DNA of 64,000 nucleotides, from NCBI GenBank assembly GCA_001643675.2, contig LSRY02000015.1:1736001-1800000 (forward strand), in the 5' to 3' direction. Source of the DNA: Monocercomonoides exilis PA203 (Eukaryota; Protista; Preaxostyla). How positions within the stretch are numbered: position 1 is the stretch's first letter; each line of letters begins with the position of its first letter. Below, piece after piece: positions 12,777 through 25,105 of the stretch. Both the position numbers and the translations under genes were made by a program. The notes under the pieces were generated by a model, which saw only the letters and a program-made list of their open reading frames with translations, did not search any database and was not told the DNA's origin.

Positions 12777-15700
12777 AAAATAACGCTTTCAACAATCTCA
12801 AACGTAACTGTTCTTTTTAATTTAATTAATATATCATAAAATGGATAAAAAAAAGTCGAAGTATCCTTTTCAAAAAATAGCCAAAAGCATAAAAAAGTGA
12901 AATCAATTAATAATTACAACACTCAGAACACTCAAAACAAGAAGCTTGTGCTTCCACCGGCAAGCCTTTGATCTTAAAAATAAAACAAAATATTCTTGAT
13001 CTTTTCACAAAAATACAAAAATAAAAAAAATAAAATATTTTCAGGAAAAGAAAATAAAAATATTTTGAAGAGTTTCTGTTATTTTATTTTTTTCTAAAAG
13101 TGCTCTTGGGAGCCAGAAATTTTAGGTCCCGATTAATTTTTTGGGTACCGATAAATTACTGACCCTGCATAAAGAAATTACTAATCATTCGAACAATGAA
13201 ATCGTTGATAAATGTTTGAAGGCTGACGAGGGTTTTAAGCTCAATCCATTCTGAAGATTGATACTTTTATAAGTTTCCATAAAAATCAGATTTATTGATC
13301 CAAAGGCATTTTGATATGTGTGCGATTATTTTAGAAATCTTTCCTATTTTCGAAAAGTTGTATAAATAAATGTATTTCGTCTTTGACAAGAACTTAACTA
13401 TTCGAATGTTGAATGAATAATAATTGTTTCAAAAATCATTGATTGTGATTTGTTAATGATAAAATTATCACGAAAAGGTGAAATCACTTTTCATTGTTCG
13501 TTCATTAATATTCAAAAATTCTTCAAATCGAAAAATTTGATTGAAAACATGTGATTTCAAAAGCAATCACCCATATATTCGCACAACCCCAAATTCAAAA
13601 ATCAATATGAAATATGAAATAATCAAAACTATTAAAGTTATTGGTACAAAATAAGAAGGAGTCAATAAGTGACCCTTTACCAAAACAAATTGTTGATAAA
13701 TTGTGGAAGATATGTCTGAAATGTTTATATATATGTTGAAAGCCGTTGTATTCTTTTCTGTAATTAACAGACAAAAAATAAATAAATAATGTCAACAAAG
13801 GAAATGCTCCATAAAAAGTGAGCCCTATTATGAGCACAAATATTTCCATTTGGAATTATTTTTTATGTGGTTAATAAATAATGAATTAATAATTTTTTTT
13901 AATCGCAAGAACAAAATGTTCTAATCTCCATTTAATAAACGTTAATTGCTATTTTTGATTATTGTCAAATATTTCGAATTTGTTTGAAAGTTTTTTGATT
14001 TTGAATAACTTTTTTGCATCCTTGAAAAACGAAAAATCTGCAATTGTCAAGAGAGAAAATAGGATTTTAAGCAGAAACTATTGCATACAATTATTTCGAT
14101 TTCATTTTTAAAGGCTTAACTTTGGCAATGGCACAAAAAGCAGATATATGAGAGAATAGTTATTTTAAAAAGGAATAAAAAAAGTCTTATTGGATATGGC
14201 ATCATGATAGTTTTAAATTCGAAATAACAAGCTTCAATCAAATCTTTTTGAGAAACAAAAAAGATTATAATAATAAATGCATATACACAAAACACACAGA
14301 ATTACAGAAATGGTGCATCAAAGGATGCAATCAGACAATATTACCGAGAAAAAAGTAATTCAGTGATTAAAATTATTGCAAAGTCTGCAGTTGTTTTGAT
14401 ACGAATGTCAGAAAACACCTGCGAGAAGTTTTGGAAAATGCCTTTTCACACACGCAAAATTTCCTTCAACAAAAAGTTTTTCTGTAATTTGCTCAACAAA
14501 ACAAAAAAGTGCGTTTGAATAATAATTAAATAAATCAAAATTAAATGGTGCCTTTTGCAAATGCCTTTGCCCTTCGCTTTTTGTTTGGATAAATCCAACG
14601 AAATTAAGAATAGTGCACCATTTAATTTTTTGTTCATCTCCAATCATTCTTTATTCTGAGAAATATGCCAACGTTTTTCTTATTTTTTTTCCTTTTCTTT
14701 TTTTCCTTTTCAAGTGATTCATCTGTGGCTGTCCCCAACTCTCCATTATGCTTCATCCACTGCTCCCTCTTGTTTGTGTTTCGCTTTCAGATCCAGAATG
14801 CAGCTTCACAATAACCCCGCTCCGCTCAATGTATTCTGACCCGCATTCCTCCGACCCTTCGCAATATGCAATTGCATCCGACACTGTCGCCATCGTGTAC
14901 CCCGATGGCAAGCGCCCAACCAGATATCGCTTCACCTGCATCAACGATGCTCTCCTTTCTGGATTTCCATCCAACCCGTTTTTCACCGCTTCGCACATCT
15001 CTGATCCACGTATGCTCTCCATTCCTGGCCTCTCCCCATTCTTTATCTTCTGCCCTGCCACCACTCCCTCATAATCTCCAAATGGGATCTGCAATGTCAG
15101 GCACTCCCACAGCATCATCCCTATCGAAAACACCACCGTCTTCTTCGTCGCATGCTTTTTGTCCCATTCAGCAGCTCAGGTGCCTTCCATCGCAAACACT
15201 CTTTTTTGAAATCATCTTCATCCTCAAAGGCTGAAGAAGGAAGAGAGTCACTTTCATCATCACTTGCTGATGTCACGACTGTTGATGAAGAGATGGAGGA
15301 TGAACTGTCTGAGTCTGATGAACAATCTGAGTGCATGGCAATGCAGATGACCATGTGCTCGGAGAACAGCACAATGTGGGGACTCAAATTGACAAGGGAT
15401 TGAAGTTTGTTTTCCATCTCATCAAATGAATGGAGTGCCCCATTCGCCACCCAGAACAGGATCTGAGCAGCTGTCTGCTCCCTCTCCTGAAGAGTGCCAA
15501 TTGCCATCTCCTTCTTCTCATTCCTTCCATGCAAAAGCATGAACAGCGAATCCCTCAAATCCACTATCAATTTCTCATGAGGGGATGAACAGGCCATTGC
15601 ATCCACAAGATTTGACATCGACGAGGTTGTTGGGCATAGGTCTTCTCCTCGAACAAAAGTGGAATCTGAATCAGTTGTTGATGTGGTTGAAGTGGATGAA

Positions 15701-18700
15701 ATAGATGGTGATGGTGTTCTCTTCCTTATCTCTTCTTCATCAACTTTTTCCAACATCCATTGAGGGATCTTGTCTGAATCTCTTCCCAAAATGTATTCAG
15801 TTGAGCCACTCTCACTCAACAAATGCTCAGATGATTCTGAATGTTGCATGTTCGTATCATACACTCTCTTCTTCATCCTCTCCTCATTCTTCTTCTCAGC
15901 TTCTCTTTCTGCTCTCCTCCACTGAGTCTCAGGTGACATCTCCATCGTAACCATCTCAAATGCCTTCGGATCTTTTCTGATATTATCATTCACAATCTCT
16001 TGCAATTCCTCATTTCTTTCCTTCACTTTCCTCCATCGAACAGCCAGAATAACAACAATTACAAGCAGAATCACAACAATCACAATGCAAACAATCAACA
16101 ACCAATACGATTTCCTTCTTTTCCTCCCTCGACAATCCTTTCATCTCCTTTTGCCTTTGTTACACTTCTATTCTTCAGAATGAAAGAATCAGTTGATGAT
16201 GGATTATTTCTATCCCCAAACAGAATGCTCACTCTCACCTCTGCATCATCTCCTGCCTCACGAATTATCTCCCTTTTCAGTCTCCCTTCGACTTCTGTCT
16301 CTGAAGCATATTCACTCTCATTAAACTCATATTTCTCTATCTGCTTTTCATCACCTATCTGCTTCACAACCATGAACGACAAGTTGCAAGGCAGCAGCAG
16401 CTTTCCTTTGAACACAACCTCCACTTCTTCTCCTTTCTCATTTTCTTCGACACTCTCTAACACTGGGACGAAGAATGGTGATGCCCTTTCAGAAATAATC
16501 CCTTCAAAGCTGCACCCATCATTCAAAATCCAAAGAGATGTGTTTGGCAAAACTCCATCTCCTCCTTTCAAACTCATCACATTCAACGTTCCTGAATCTG
16601 AACAGATGATATTTCTTCTCAATGATGGATATCTATCAATAGATGGATTATTATTCACAAACTCCCCCTTTTCAATCATCACATTTCCTCCACTCACTGT
16701 CATCCCTCCCTTTGAGGAGTTGCAGATTGTTGTGTCTTTCATCATCACGGAACTACTAGAAAAATCAACAACTGAACCATTCCATCTGCATATTTCATTT
16801 TCCACTTCATTAAACACTTTGTTGGATAACCTTCTTTGTGATTCTTTTGTATCGCATTCGCTTGAATTCCCATCCAAGAGGCAACTGTCTATCACCGCGT
16901 CTGAACAGTTGCCCAATGTGATGAGCATCCCTCTTGAATTGTCTTGTGCTGAATTTTTGATCGAGCAATTGTTAAGTATCATTTTTCTTCTCACGCCTGA
17001 GCACGACAGCAAAGAAAGTCCTCTTATTGAGGTGGTGATATTCGACAATTCCAGATGACTCGCAGAAATTTCTCCACTTCCTGTGACATCAATGAGCGGA
17101 TCGCTGGTTGCCAAGTTGCAAAACACACAAGAAGAAACAACAAATTGGATAGGTGATGCAACGCATATTGCAGCCACCGAAAGTGCAACATCTTCCACGC
17201 AGCATCCATCTAGAACACATCTCCCTGCTGCAATCCGAATGATGTGAAACGGTATTTGTGCTTGCAAACGAGTTTCAGCAGGTTCTATGTGTTTTGAGCT
17301 GAACGAGCAGTTGACCATTTCCACCAATCCGCTGTCTGGCTCAACTAGTGCAATGTGAGACGATGCAAATTCTATATCAAATACAAACCTCACTCTCGAA
17401 ATAGTCACTGTGTTGGATGTCGATATCACACTCGCCCTTGTGCATTCGATCCTCGACTCCACTTCAACATTGCACAGATCGCGGCTTCTTGAGCTCAGGC
17501 TCATCTCGTCCAGTTCCACTTCCCCCTTGATCGCACTCTCCCCATCAACAAACATCTGACTGATGAAGTCCGCAGTCAGATGTGCAAGTCCATAGTCAAT
17601 GGACTTGCATGGCAGAGAGCGTGTGCCACACTGCCGTTCATCCACTCCACTATTGCCTGACACGATGATTGTGTCGCTTTGGTGGATTGTGATGAAGTCT
17701 ATCAGATTCGTGCTTCCTGTGTGTTCTGTGGCATCCGACCCATATATCGCATTCAGCCGAGCATAACTCTCTTCCCGAAGATCGAAGCGGAACTGAGTCT
17801 CGTTGATCTGGCACGAGATGTTGTAGCACTCGACAAATATGTCGTTCCCCACCCCTGCTGTGTTTGCGCTGAAGCTCACCTTCTCAAACACAAAGCTCAG
17901 CGCCCCTCTTTCTTTGCTCTCCAGATACACCCCTCCGCCTTTCCCGCTGTTGCTCTCGCAGCTGCACCGACTCATCGTTGTCTTCACCATGCTAAGCCTT
18001 CCTGCTTTGTGCAGTCCAAACAGCATCCCCCCTCCCTTGTCGCTTGTCTCTGCTTTGTCATCCACAAACAAGCAGTCTCTAATCCTCATTGTGATCCCCT
18101 TCTCGCTTTTCGACACAAGCACACTCGCTTCTTTGTCGCTTCTTTTCATCCCCTCAAACGAACAGTTCTCCATGTCCATGCTGCTTGCTGCCTTCCCATC
18201 GTTTGTGCTGTGCTGGGCACAACATTCCCCACAGATATCACACATCCTCCTGTTTCGTTTAGCGATGAAATGTGCATGTTCGATAAGTTGCACTCGACAC
18301 CAACCTCCTCAACCCGCAAAACACTTTTGCCCACACAACTCGAGTCCATCGACAAGCCATCCACGCCAAGCACCCCAGCATTGACATCAACAAACACACA
18401 CTCAAACCCGTTGTTCAACTGTGCTTCTGAGTGAAACGCACATTCTTTTATCCACAGCTCCCCACCCTTGTTAGAAATAACTGCCTTTGCTGTGCTCTCA
18501 AACCCTGCTGTCATCAGCACCTTGATCTCCCTCAATGAGAGCGATACACTGTTGCAGATGAAATACTCCAGTGGCCCTTCATATGCCTTCTCCAAGCGCA
18601 AAACCGCCTTGCCGCTTGCCTCTCCCCAGCTTCTGCATTTTCGATCTCATATCTGGATCCATCGAAGGCGTCTCGTATCGGCGTCGACCCTGCTATTCGC

Positions 18701-21700
18701 AACGCCTTCGCTCCCTCGCCTTCCTTCACCTGGCTGATGCCTTTCCACAGTGTTCTGCATGGCTCTTTCTTGTTTCCGCACCGAGCAACATCAAACCCTT
18801 CGCTGGACACATAAACCTCACTCGAAGTGTACGAAACAAGAAACACAAACAGATCGATATTTGTGTGGACTCCATCGCTCCCCACAAACAGCGTTCTGTC
18901 ATCTTTCATTGTCGAATAATCAAACCTGAATGTTTCTCCTCTCACTGTGCTGTTCAGATCTGCTGCCAAGATAAATGCATTCTTCCCCATCCAGGCTACA
19001 TTGTCTCCAAATACAACATCACTTTCGAAGACAAGTCCATTCTCGCTCGTGCACTTTTGGCTATTCACATACAGGAACCCTCCTTTCCCTCTCTCTGCAT
19101 TGATTAAACAGAATGATGCATTTGTTGATCTGGTTACAAGCTCATCTTCTTCACTCAGCTCCACTTTTGCAACACCTCCTTCAGCACCTGCTGTGTTCTT
19201 GATGAACGAGAAGTTGTTGCTTTCAAGCAGCACAGAAGATGACATCAAAAATGGAGTCACACCAAACATGCAGTCTTGCAGAGTGCACCCTCTCATCGAG
19301 CATGTCCCATTTGTTGTGACAATTAGCGAATACTCAACAACAGCCCCAGACTCCATGGCAAATGTGCAGTTATTCAGCTGAAGAATCCCACTCGATGTCA
19401 CAACTGATTTCACCATCGGCTCAAACGCCGATGGTGTTTCCATCCTCAATGATTGGAGCACCAGAGATGCCTTCGATGTCAGAACAGACATAGCTGCACT
19501 TCCTCTGATAGTCTCTGCAAATCGGATAACCTTTTGCGGTATTTCATCTCCTTCCTTCCCCAGCCCTTCAATCTTCAGTGCACTTGAAAATGCGAAGAAA
19601 TCCATGATTTCTCCTTTGTCCTTCACCCACAATCTCCCCTCCCCCGCAATCCCGCTTCCATCAACATGCCCTATTCCGCTCCAAATTGTACTGCACGCAT
19701 ATGCCTCGCTTCCGCACCCTGCTGTATCATACCCTTCTGCAGACACATACACTTCCCCGGTCTTCCTTTCAACAACAAACAGCCGAAGATCTACACACTC
19801 TCCAAAATACTCTCTGTCCACCCCCTTCATATCAACTCCAACCCCATCATCCCCGTCATACTCAAAGGCCAGTCGAGCAGCTCTCACACTCTCATTCAGC
19901 ACCTGACACATGATAAATAAATCATTCCCTTCATGTGCCTCGTTGCCTTTGAACTTCATTCCAGACAGCAGATAGTTTCCAGCGCATCCATCCCCCAATC
20001 CCATGAATATCCCTCCTCCTCTCCCGCTTTCTTTCTCCGTCTCACACTTCGTCATCCATGACAGCTCCACTGAAAATGCATCCTCTCCCTCCATTTCGCT
20101 CTCCACGCATCCACCCCTGCTGCTCTGTGTCCTGATCTCTTCAAAAACACAGCGCTCACATATCCTCAGGCGCGATCCCTCTTTCGATGTGATCAGTGCA
20201 CCTGCATTCGTCCTGCATCCCCTTGCAGTTGTGTTTTTCAACACAACATCAGATCCCGCTCTTCCGTCAATCATCCCTTTTCCGTCTGTGTCCGCACTGT
20301 TAATGCTGCTGTTCTCAAAAGTCACACAACAGCCCCTGCATGCAGCAACCCCTCCTCCAACAAATTCAACCCCACTGATTTCTGTCCTGTCCATCCGAAC
20401 AACCCCACCTTTCCCAATCACAATCCATCTCCCACAGCTGTTTGTCCCACTTTCTGTGCACACAAATGCGCAATCGGCAAATGAGCACTGCCCAACACAG
20501 ACTTCCACAACTGACTGTTCTTCAGATGCTCCAGAATAGGCATCGGGGAGCACAAACCGAAGAAATGAGAATGTCATGTATGTCAGTGCTTCCCCTTGCA
20601 CAAGCTCAAACTTCCCGCTCTCTTCCACACTCACTTCCTGTTTCTCCCCATTCCCTTGTATTGTCAGCGACTTTCCCTCCCTGTTGATCACTCTCCCCAC
20701 ACTTGCTGCTCCCTCCAACTCCATGATCACATGAACATCCTTCAGCCGCTCAAACCCCACATCCACAGACACACACGGGTTTTCTCTCAGCCCGCAGTTC
20801 TCCCCGGCATTCCCTGTGCCACTCACAAACATGTATGAACTCAGCGATGGGAACAAGTAATTGATGATCGAGTCTTCCTTTCCCGCCTCTGTCAGCTCCG
20901 CCACCCACATCTTCTTCTGTGCTGTTTCGTTCGTTGCAGATCCATACCACAGTGCTGGCAGAATCACCAGCCAAGGCGAGTCGCACACCAAAAACACATC
21001 CTCCCCCTTTTCCGCAACATTGTTTGTGAACTCGTTCATCTTCATCGAATACTCTATCTTTGTTGTTTCAAACACCACATGCACCCCTCCCCCCCTTTCC
21101 GCTGTCCGACGGCACCCCACATCTGTCAACTTTGTTGTGCTCAAACACAAACTTCCCCCCATCCCCCACACTCACCATTATCCCTCCTCCAAATGTGTAA
21201 TCTGCTTCGCACTCACACCTCTCAAACACACAGTCCTCAATCTCCCACGCTCTCATACTCCCCACTTTCCCACTCATCACTCCTCCATTCCCTTCATATC
21301 TTCTCACCTCGCACAATGTGCTGTTCCTCATCTCCAACCCCATTTCCTCCAAGACGCCAATCTCGTTCCCATTCCCAAAATTCGTCTCCTTTATTGTCGT
21401 GTTTCTAATGCTCGCATCCTTTCCTCTTCTCAGCTCCAACACACTCCCTTCGTCTTCTCTCCCTGTGTTTCGTATCGTCACTTCATCAAGTTCCACTTCA
21501 ACTTCGCTCCCATCAGTAACAATTAGCCCACATCCTCTCATTGTCACTTCTTCAAATCTGCACTTCACAAGCTCCATTTTTCCTCCTTTCCCCTTCAAAC
21601 ATTCCACGCACATATTCGATGCTCCTGCCTCTGTGCAAAACGAGCATCCTTCAAATCTCAGAACACCATTGCTGCACACGAACAGACACGTTCGGGCTGA

Positions 21701-24700
21701 TCCCTCAAACAACAAAGTACAAAACATCAGAGAGCGAAATGTGATTTTCTCCTTCGTCTCAACCAAGCATTCTTTCGCTCCTCCTCCAACTTCTCCTTCT
21801 TCTCCATCGCTTTCTTCTCTCATCACAATACGTTCCATTTCCACTTCTCCGTCAATAACCATTGGCTGCACATCCAGTATCATTTCTTTGTGAATCGTGA
21901 AAGTGCTCATCAGCCGCAATGCCGCTGCTGATCTTGCCCCAAACACCGCTGCTCCTGCATACGGCACTGAAGAGCATGGAAAGTCGGAATATCCGCAGCT
22001 CGGATAGTCCATCCCGCCATTTTCCCCATGCACATACCCCACACTCGGCTTTTCCCGAAAGAAAGGCACAATGGGGATCACCTCTGAAACCCTTCCGTTC
22101 TCAATCCCCATCAGCTCGATCAAATTCGGATTGTCCCCAACATCTTTCACAAATGAGAAATTAAATGAAACCTCATTCACCACTTCCGGCAGAATCTTGC
22201 ACTCCACCATCACATTGCTCCCGCCATGCGTAGCATCGTTTGCAGAGCCATCCACCCCAAATGTCACCCCAATAATCCCAAAATCTCTTCCACCTTCCTC
22301 ACATCGCAACAAAAGCCCCCCTCCATAGCCTCCAACACGCCCTTCTCCACCTGCCCTGCATCCCCCAACATATGTCACATCATCCCCACTCCCAATCCTC
22401 ACCTTCCCTGTTCCTTCCACAACCACATTCATTCCTCCGCCACACCCCTTTGCTGTTCCACAACCCTCTATCCAAACATCACTCATTCTCATCTCCTTTC
22501 CGCTCCCAATAACCCCATTCACCACACTCCCATTCCCATCTGCCTGCATGATCCCCTCAAATGTGCTGTTCTTCATTTCCAGCATCCCACCTTCCCGATC
22601 CCACACAACCCCTCCCACAGAATTGCTGCAGTGCTTCACACTCATGTTCACAGCTGTGAACGAACCCTCTGATGTGTACACAACAAGCCCGTCTGCATCT
22701 GTGATCCGAACATTGCTCATGTTTATCGAGTCAAGAATGCTCGCCCCATTGCAGTTCGAGCTGATTAACGAAATCCCCTCAAACTCAACAGACTCGATGC
22801 TGAACCCAGTGATCGACAGATGCCCGCTGCTCTGACTCACAAACGAACACTTGCATCTGCCAGCAGATGAGCCACACACAGCTGAGCAGTCTTCGATCCA
22901 AAGCTCGCTTCTGTCTCCGCTCACCAAAAATATGCTTGATTGTACCAGTGGCAGTGCTGCTGGAAGGACACACAAGAACTGATAAAACCTCACATACGAG
23001 CCAATCCCAATCATGCATGTCCCGCTCGATTCATTCCCAACCATCTCCATTCGTGTCTTCGAAGCTGTCCCACAGAAGTCGTATCCCTCACTTGCACTCA
23101 GCGACACGCTCTCTTCAAACAGATACGAGTCGCCAAACGCCAGAGCATGCTGTTTCCCGATCACCCTCCTCACAGCATAGTCCACACACTTGCATCGGAA
23201 CTGCTCATGCCCACACACAACCACATCATGCCCGTCGTTCCCCATGTGCATGCATGGCGGATCATCACACAGATAATACATCAGCGGAATAGTCAGATCG
23301 CTCCACTTCGAATCCACCCCCATTGCTGCTCTTGTGCTTCCTGTCAACGGAATTGCAAACAGGATGTGTTCTTTTGTGACGCTTGCTTTCAGGTCAGGAG
23401 ATGCCACAAACAGGTCAGCTCCGTATTCCGCTTGGTTTGCCTCAAATGCAAGGGTTGCTGACAGCTCAAACAGCACACCTGCATCCAGCACATTCAACAG
23501 CAAACCCCCACCTTTCCCGTTTGTCCCGCCTTCTGAGGGTGCCTGACATCCTTCAAACCGTGTCGACGACACATGAAGCTCACTCGAGACATCCAGCATA
23601 GCATATACTCCTCCACCACAGCTTCCATCTCCATCCACTTTGCAGGCGCTGAATGAGCAGTTCTCTATCCACACACTCTGCTTCCTCCCGCACGCTTCAT
23701 CCAGCTCCAGGCACGCCCCGCCTCCACCGCTCCTGCCAATGCTCATGAACGATGTGTTTTTCATCTTCAGCGATGATCCCTCTGCAAAATGGATCAGCCC
23801 TCCCGACCCCAGCACAACATTCGCAATAGTGCTGTTGTGGATTGTGGTTGGGCTGCTTGTTGCCAGTTCAATGATCCCTTGGCTCCCACTTCTGCCCTCG
23901 CTAACTCTCATCTGGTTCATCGTCATCTGGTCGACGGTGCAGGCCCCGCTTCCATTCACAAGCACCACATAACTCCCAAACGTCACTTCTCTCTCGCCTC
24001 CACAGCTCACCCTCAGCATCTGCACGCTCCCTCCACTCACACTCACAAACCCGTATTCCACCCCACTCCCGCCCCTGGCCCCATCAATCGCACAGTCGAT
24101 GAATTTCACATCGCCTGCCGATGAATATACAAATGTCGAGCGGCTGCCGATCGAAGCCCCCAGCTCAAAGCTGATGTTCGTGAATGTGGCTGTGACGCTG
24201 CTCATCACCAGCGCATCCTGCACTTTCGGTCCTGCTGCCTCCACTTTCACTCCCTTGCTTTTGCTGCTCGCATCCACCTCATACGGCCCTTTGTCCAGCT
24301 TCGTCTCCTCATCAAACACAAATGTCTCTGCCAGCCTCAATATCCGCTTCGAGTTCGGGAACCGATATGTCCCAGCGCTTCCGATCGTTTTGCACATGTA
24401 GTCTGCAAATCCACACAGCCTGAAGTCCAGCCCCGCTGCCTTCCCACCCACATATGCGGGTGGCTGGAACTCCCGCAGAAACAGAACCAGTGGGACAATC
24501 AGCCCCGCATTGCTGCTCTCCATCCCACTCAGCTCATCAAATTCTGCTCTATTTACCCCGGTCTCCGCATTGAATCCGATTGAACTGCTGTTCACAGCTC
24601 TCGACAAGTCTGGTGCTGCCATAAATATGTTCCTCCCTTTCCAGGCCTTGCACTCCCTGAATGTGCACTTTTTCACACTGAACTCCCAATCACTCCCCGA

Positions 24701-25105
24701 GCACAAAAGATACACCCCTCCTCCTTTCCTTTTCGCTGCCTCTTCCAACGGAACACAACACCCATCAAACCCCACTTCCAAATTGCCTCCTATCCCCACA
24801 TAGCCTCCAGGCCCCAGAGAAACAAACACCCCTCCCCCGTTTCCACCTGTGCACACACAGTTCTTCAGCGTTGTGTTTTCCACACTAACCTCACGCTCTC
24901 TGCCCACACTGACAGAGAGAACAGCCCCATCTCCATCTGTGCGCGTGATGTTCTCCAGCGTCACATTCGCCAAGCTCGATGCTCCAGCTCCAGATGGCTC
25001 TTTCTCGCTGAACACCACCACAGACAGCACCATGTTCTCAACCCTTGTGCTTTCCATTCGCATCTGAGACAGATATATCAAAAAGGGTGATGTGCTCACA
25101 ACCAA
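12777..25105. repeat. Right arm of the large inverted duplication
   Basis: Begins AAAATAACGCTTTCAAC (12777), the reverse complement of 12311-12327. Spacer 12328-12776 is not palindromic. Confidence 0.97.

Noticed and set aside
11255-13849. Identical 84-aa ORFs at 11255..11509 and 13595..13849 (also 10463..10696 and 14408..14647)
   Set aside because: Identity is explained by the palindrome. F/I/K-rich composition is typical of random AT-rich ORFs.
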